Shown: positions 62,812 to 64,000 of the stretch, piece after piece
Position numbering within the stretch: position 1 is the stretch's first letter
Layout of the letters: each line of letters opens with the position of its first letter
IMG/VR virus record: IMGVR_UViG_3300042373_001362
Span: 32,001-96,000 of that record
DNA from: a virus
Strand: one strand, 5' to 3'
Length of the DNA stretch: 64,000 nucleotides
Notes under the pieces: generated by a model
Seen by the model: the letters and a program-made list of their open reading frames with translations, nothing else
Database searches by the model: none
What the model was told of the DNA's origin: nothing
Translations under genes and position numbers: made by a program

Positions 62812-63459
62812 ATGGCAGATGACAAAGGAAACAAGCCGGTAACCAGGGAGTTCCTGTCGGAAAGAGACGCCCGCATTTTTAAGATGCGTCAAGCTGGAAC
62901 GTCTATACAAGAAATAGCTAGAAGATTTGGCGTTAGTAGTGGTGTTGTCTCTAACGCAATTAAGCGACAACTAGAAAAGCTCAACAAAGAAGCAATGCTT
63001 GCTTACCCTGAGGTTCTCAGGATGGAGCTTGAGCGTTTGGACAACCTCCAGCAGGCGATATGGCCTATGACTCAACATCGCAAGGTCAGAATGGATGACG
63101 GCTCAGAGGTGTCTGTCGAGCCAGACATGAAAGCAATACAACAGGTACTGTCAATCATGGATAGACGCACAAAGCTATTGGGCATGGACCATGTCAATGT
63201 AAATGTGCAAATGGAAGCAAATATGTCCAATGCCGACCCGGTCAAGGTAACGCTTGCTGGAGCAATTACCAATCAAGAGACAGAGAAGTTTGACCCAGAG
63301 TCCGAAGCTAAGAAACTTCTTGAACTTATGGGAGCATCGGGAATATTACCCCCAGACATGATTAAGCAGCTTCTGGGTAACAGAGAAATAATTGATGCAG
63401 AAATAGTCGAAGAAGAAGAAGAGGAAATGACTCTCAGTATTGAGGAGTCAAAAGAATGA
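62812..63459 (+). CDS. HTH protein, candidate terminase small subunit
   Basis: MRQAGTSIQEIARRFGVS; MELERLD; IMDRRTKLLGMD; IIDAEIV. Confidence 0.6.
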   Translation: MADDKGNKPVTREFLSERDARIFKMRQAGTSIQEIARRFGVSSGVVSNAIKRQLEKLNKEAMLAYPEVLRMELERLDNLQQAIWPMTQHRKVRMDDGSEVSVEPDMKAIQQVLSIMDRRTKLLGMDHVNVNVQMEANMSNADPVKVTLAGAITNQETEKFDPESEAKKLLELMGASGILPPDMIKQLLGNREIIDAEIVEEEEEEMTLSIEESKE

Positions 63460-63773
63460 TGGAAAAGAACAAAAAAGCCAGAGAAGCAATTGACAAAGTC
63501 ATGGAAGAAAATAAAGACATATCTATTGCCAACCCTGCAACAGCAAATGGTGAAACTGTTGACAAACAGGTTCTTATTCGTGCATCAGAGGCAGACAGAG
63601 ACAGATGGAAACAGGCTGCAGAAAAAGCCGGAATAACACTTTCTGCATGGATACGAGATTCTTTAAATAAAAGCGCATCTGAAGCCCTGGATTGCCCACA
63701 CCCTCTCAACTTTAGAAGGTTTTACCCATGGGCAGAAATTTGCTTAGCTTGTCACACTAGGTTAAAAGGTTAG
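63456..63773 (+). CDS. ribbon-helix-helix-like protein
   Basis: QVLIRASEADRDRWKQAAEKAGITLSAWIRDSL. Confidence 0.65.
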   Translation: MMEKNKKAREAIDKVMEENKDISIANPATANGETVDKQVLIRASEADRDRWKQAAEKAGITLSAWIRDSLNKSASEALDCPHPLNFRRFYPWAEICLACHTRLKG

Positions 63774-63812
63774 TTTCCCTACCTAGCCCTGTATAAAAGT
63801 AGAATATCTTCT

Positions 63813-64000
63813 ATGGAAAATACACCAGAAGGCAATTCGGGGCGACGAAATAAATGGCCTGACCAGAAGAACTCGGAACGAATAGCTGGTGCCGGGAGGG
63901 TAAAAAGGAAATTCCTCTCTGACAGGGTTGCCCCAAAAAACAAATCTGAGTTTTCTGAGCGGACCCCCATAAAGGCTCTCCCGGTTGAAGAAACCCTAGA
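63813..64000 (+). CDS. 5' part of a gene running off the window edge
   Basis: ATG 7 nt after TAGAAT; open to the end of the window. Confidence 0.45.
   Translation, partial: MENTPEGNSGRRNKWPDQKNSERIAGAGRVKRKFLSDRVAPKNKSEFSERTPIKALPVEETL

Noticed and set aside
1-64000. Prophage or contractile injection system in a bacterial chromosome; tRNA/rRNA genes
   Set aside because: Head, packaging and replication genes are present with no host housekeeping flank or integrase in the window; no tRNA or rRNA recognised by eye.

Overview
This window is a segment of a large tailed dsDNA phage. It has a contractile tail (sheath plus tube) and an HK97-type head (terminase, portal, prohead protease, major capsid). 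The host is probably an actinobacterium, judged from whiB and repeated leaderless-type promoters. From left to right it holds: a minus-strand tail operon; histone-like and ParB/PAPS-reductase (IbrAB-like) genes; recombination genes (RuvC, HNH, PD-(D/E)XK nuclease, Rad52-like annealase); the terminase; a ~34 kb plus-strand head operon; then class II RNR, WhiB, primase-helicase and a candidate small terminase. The standout is two giant head-operon proteins (3963 and 3490 aa). A recurrent pentapeptide, consensus R-[FL]-S-S-G, divides them into modules: I count 16 and 9 copies, plus an exact copy in the tape measure protein. It falls between recognisable domains (WYL, SF1 helicase, ArdC, DEDDh exonuclease, GNAT, RelA/SpoT-type toxin), and I never saw it inside one. 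The first giant starts with the prohead protease itself. The inference is a virion-packaged, motif-delimited polyprotein effector cassette system. All domain calls are by-eye motif recognition; no searches were run.
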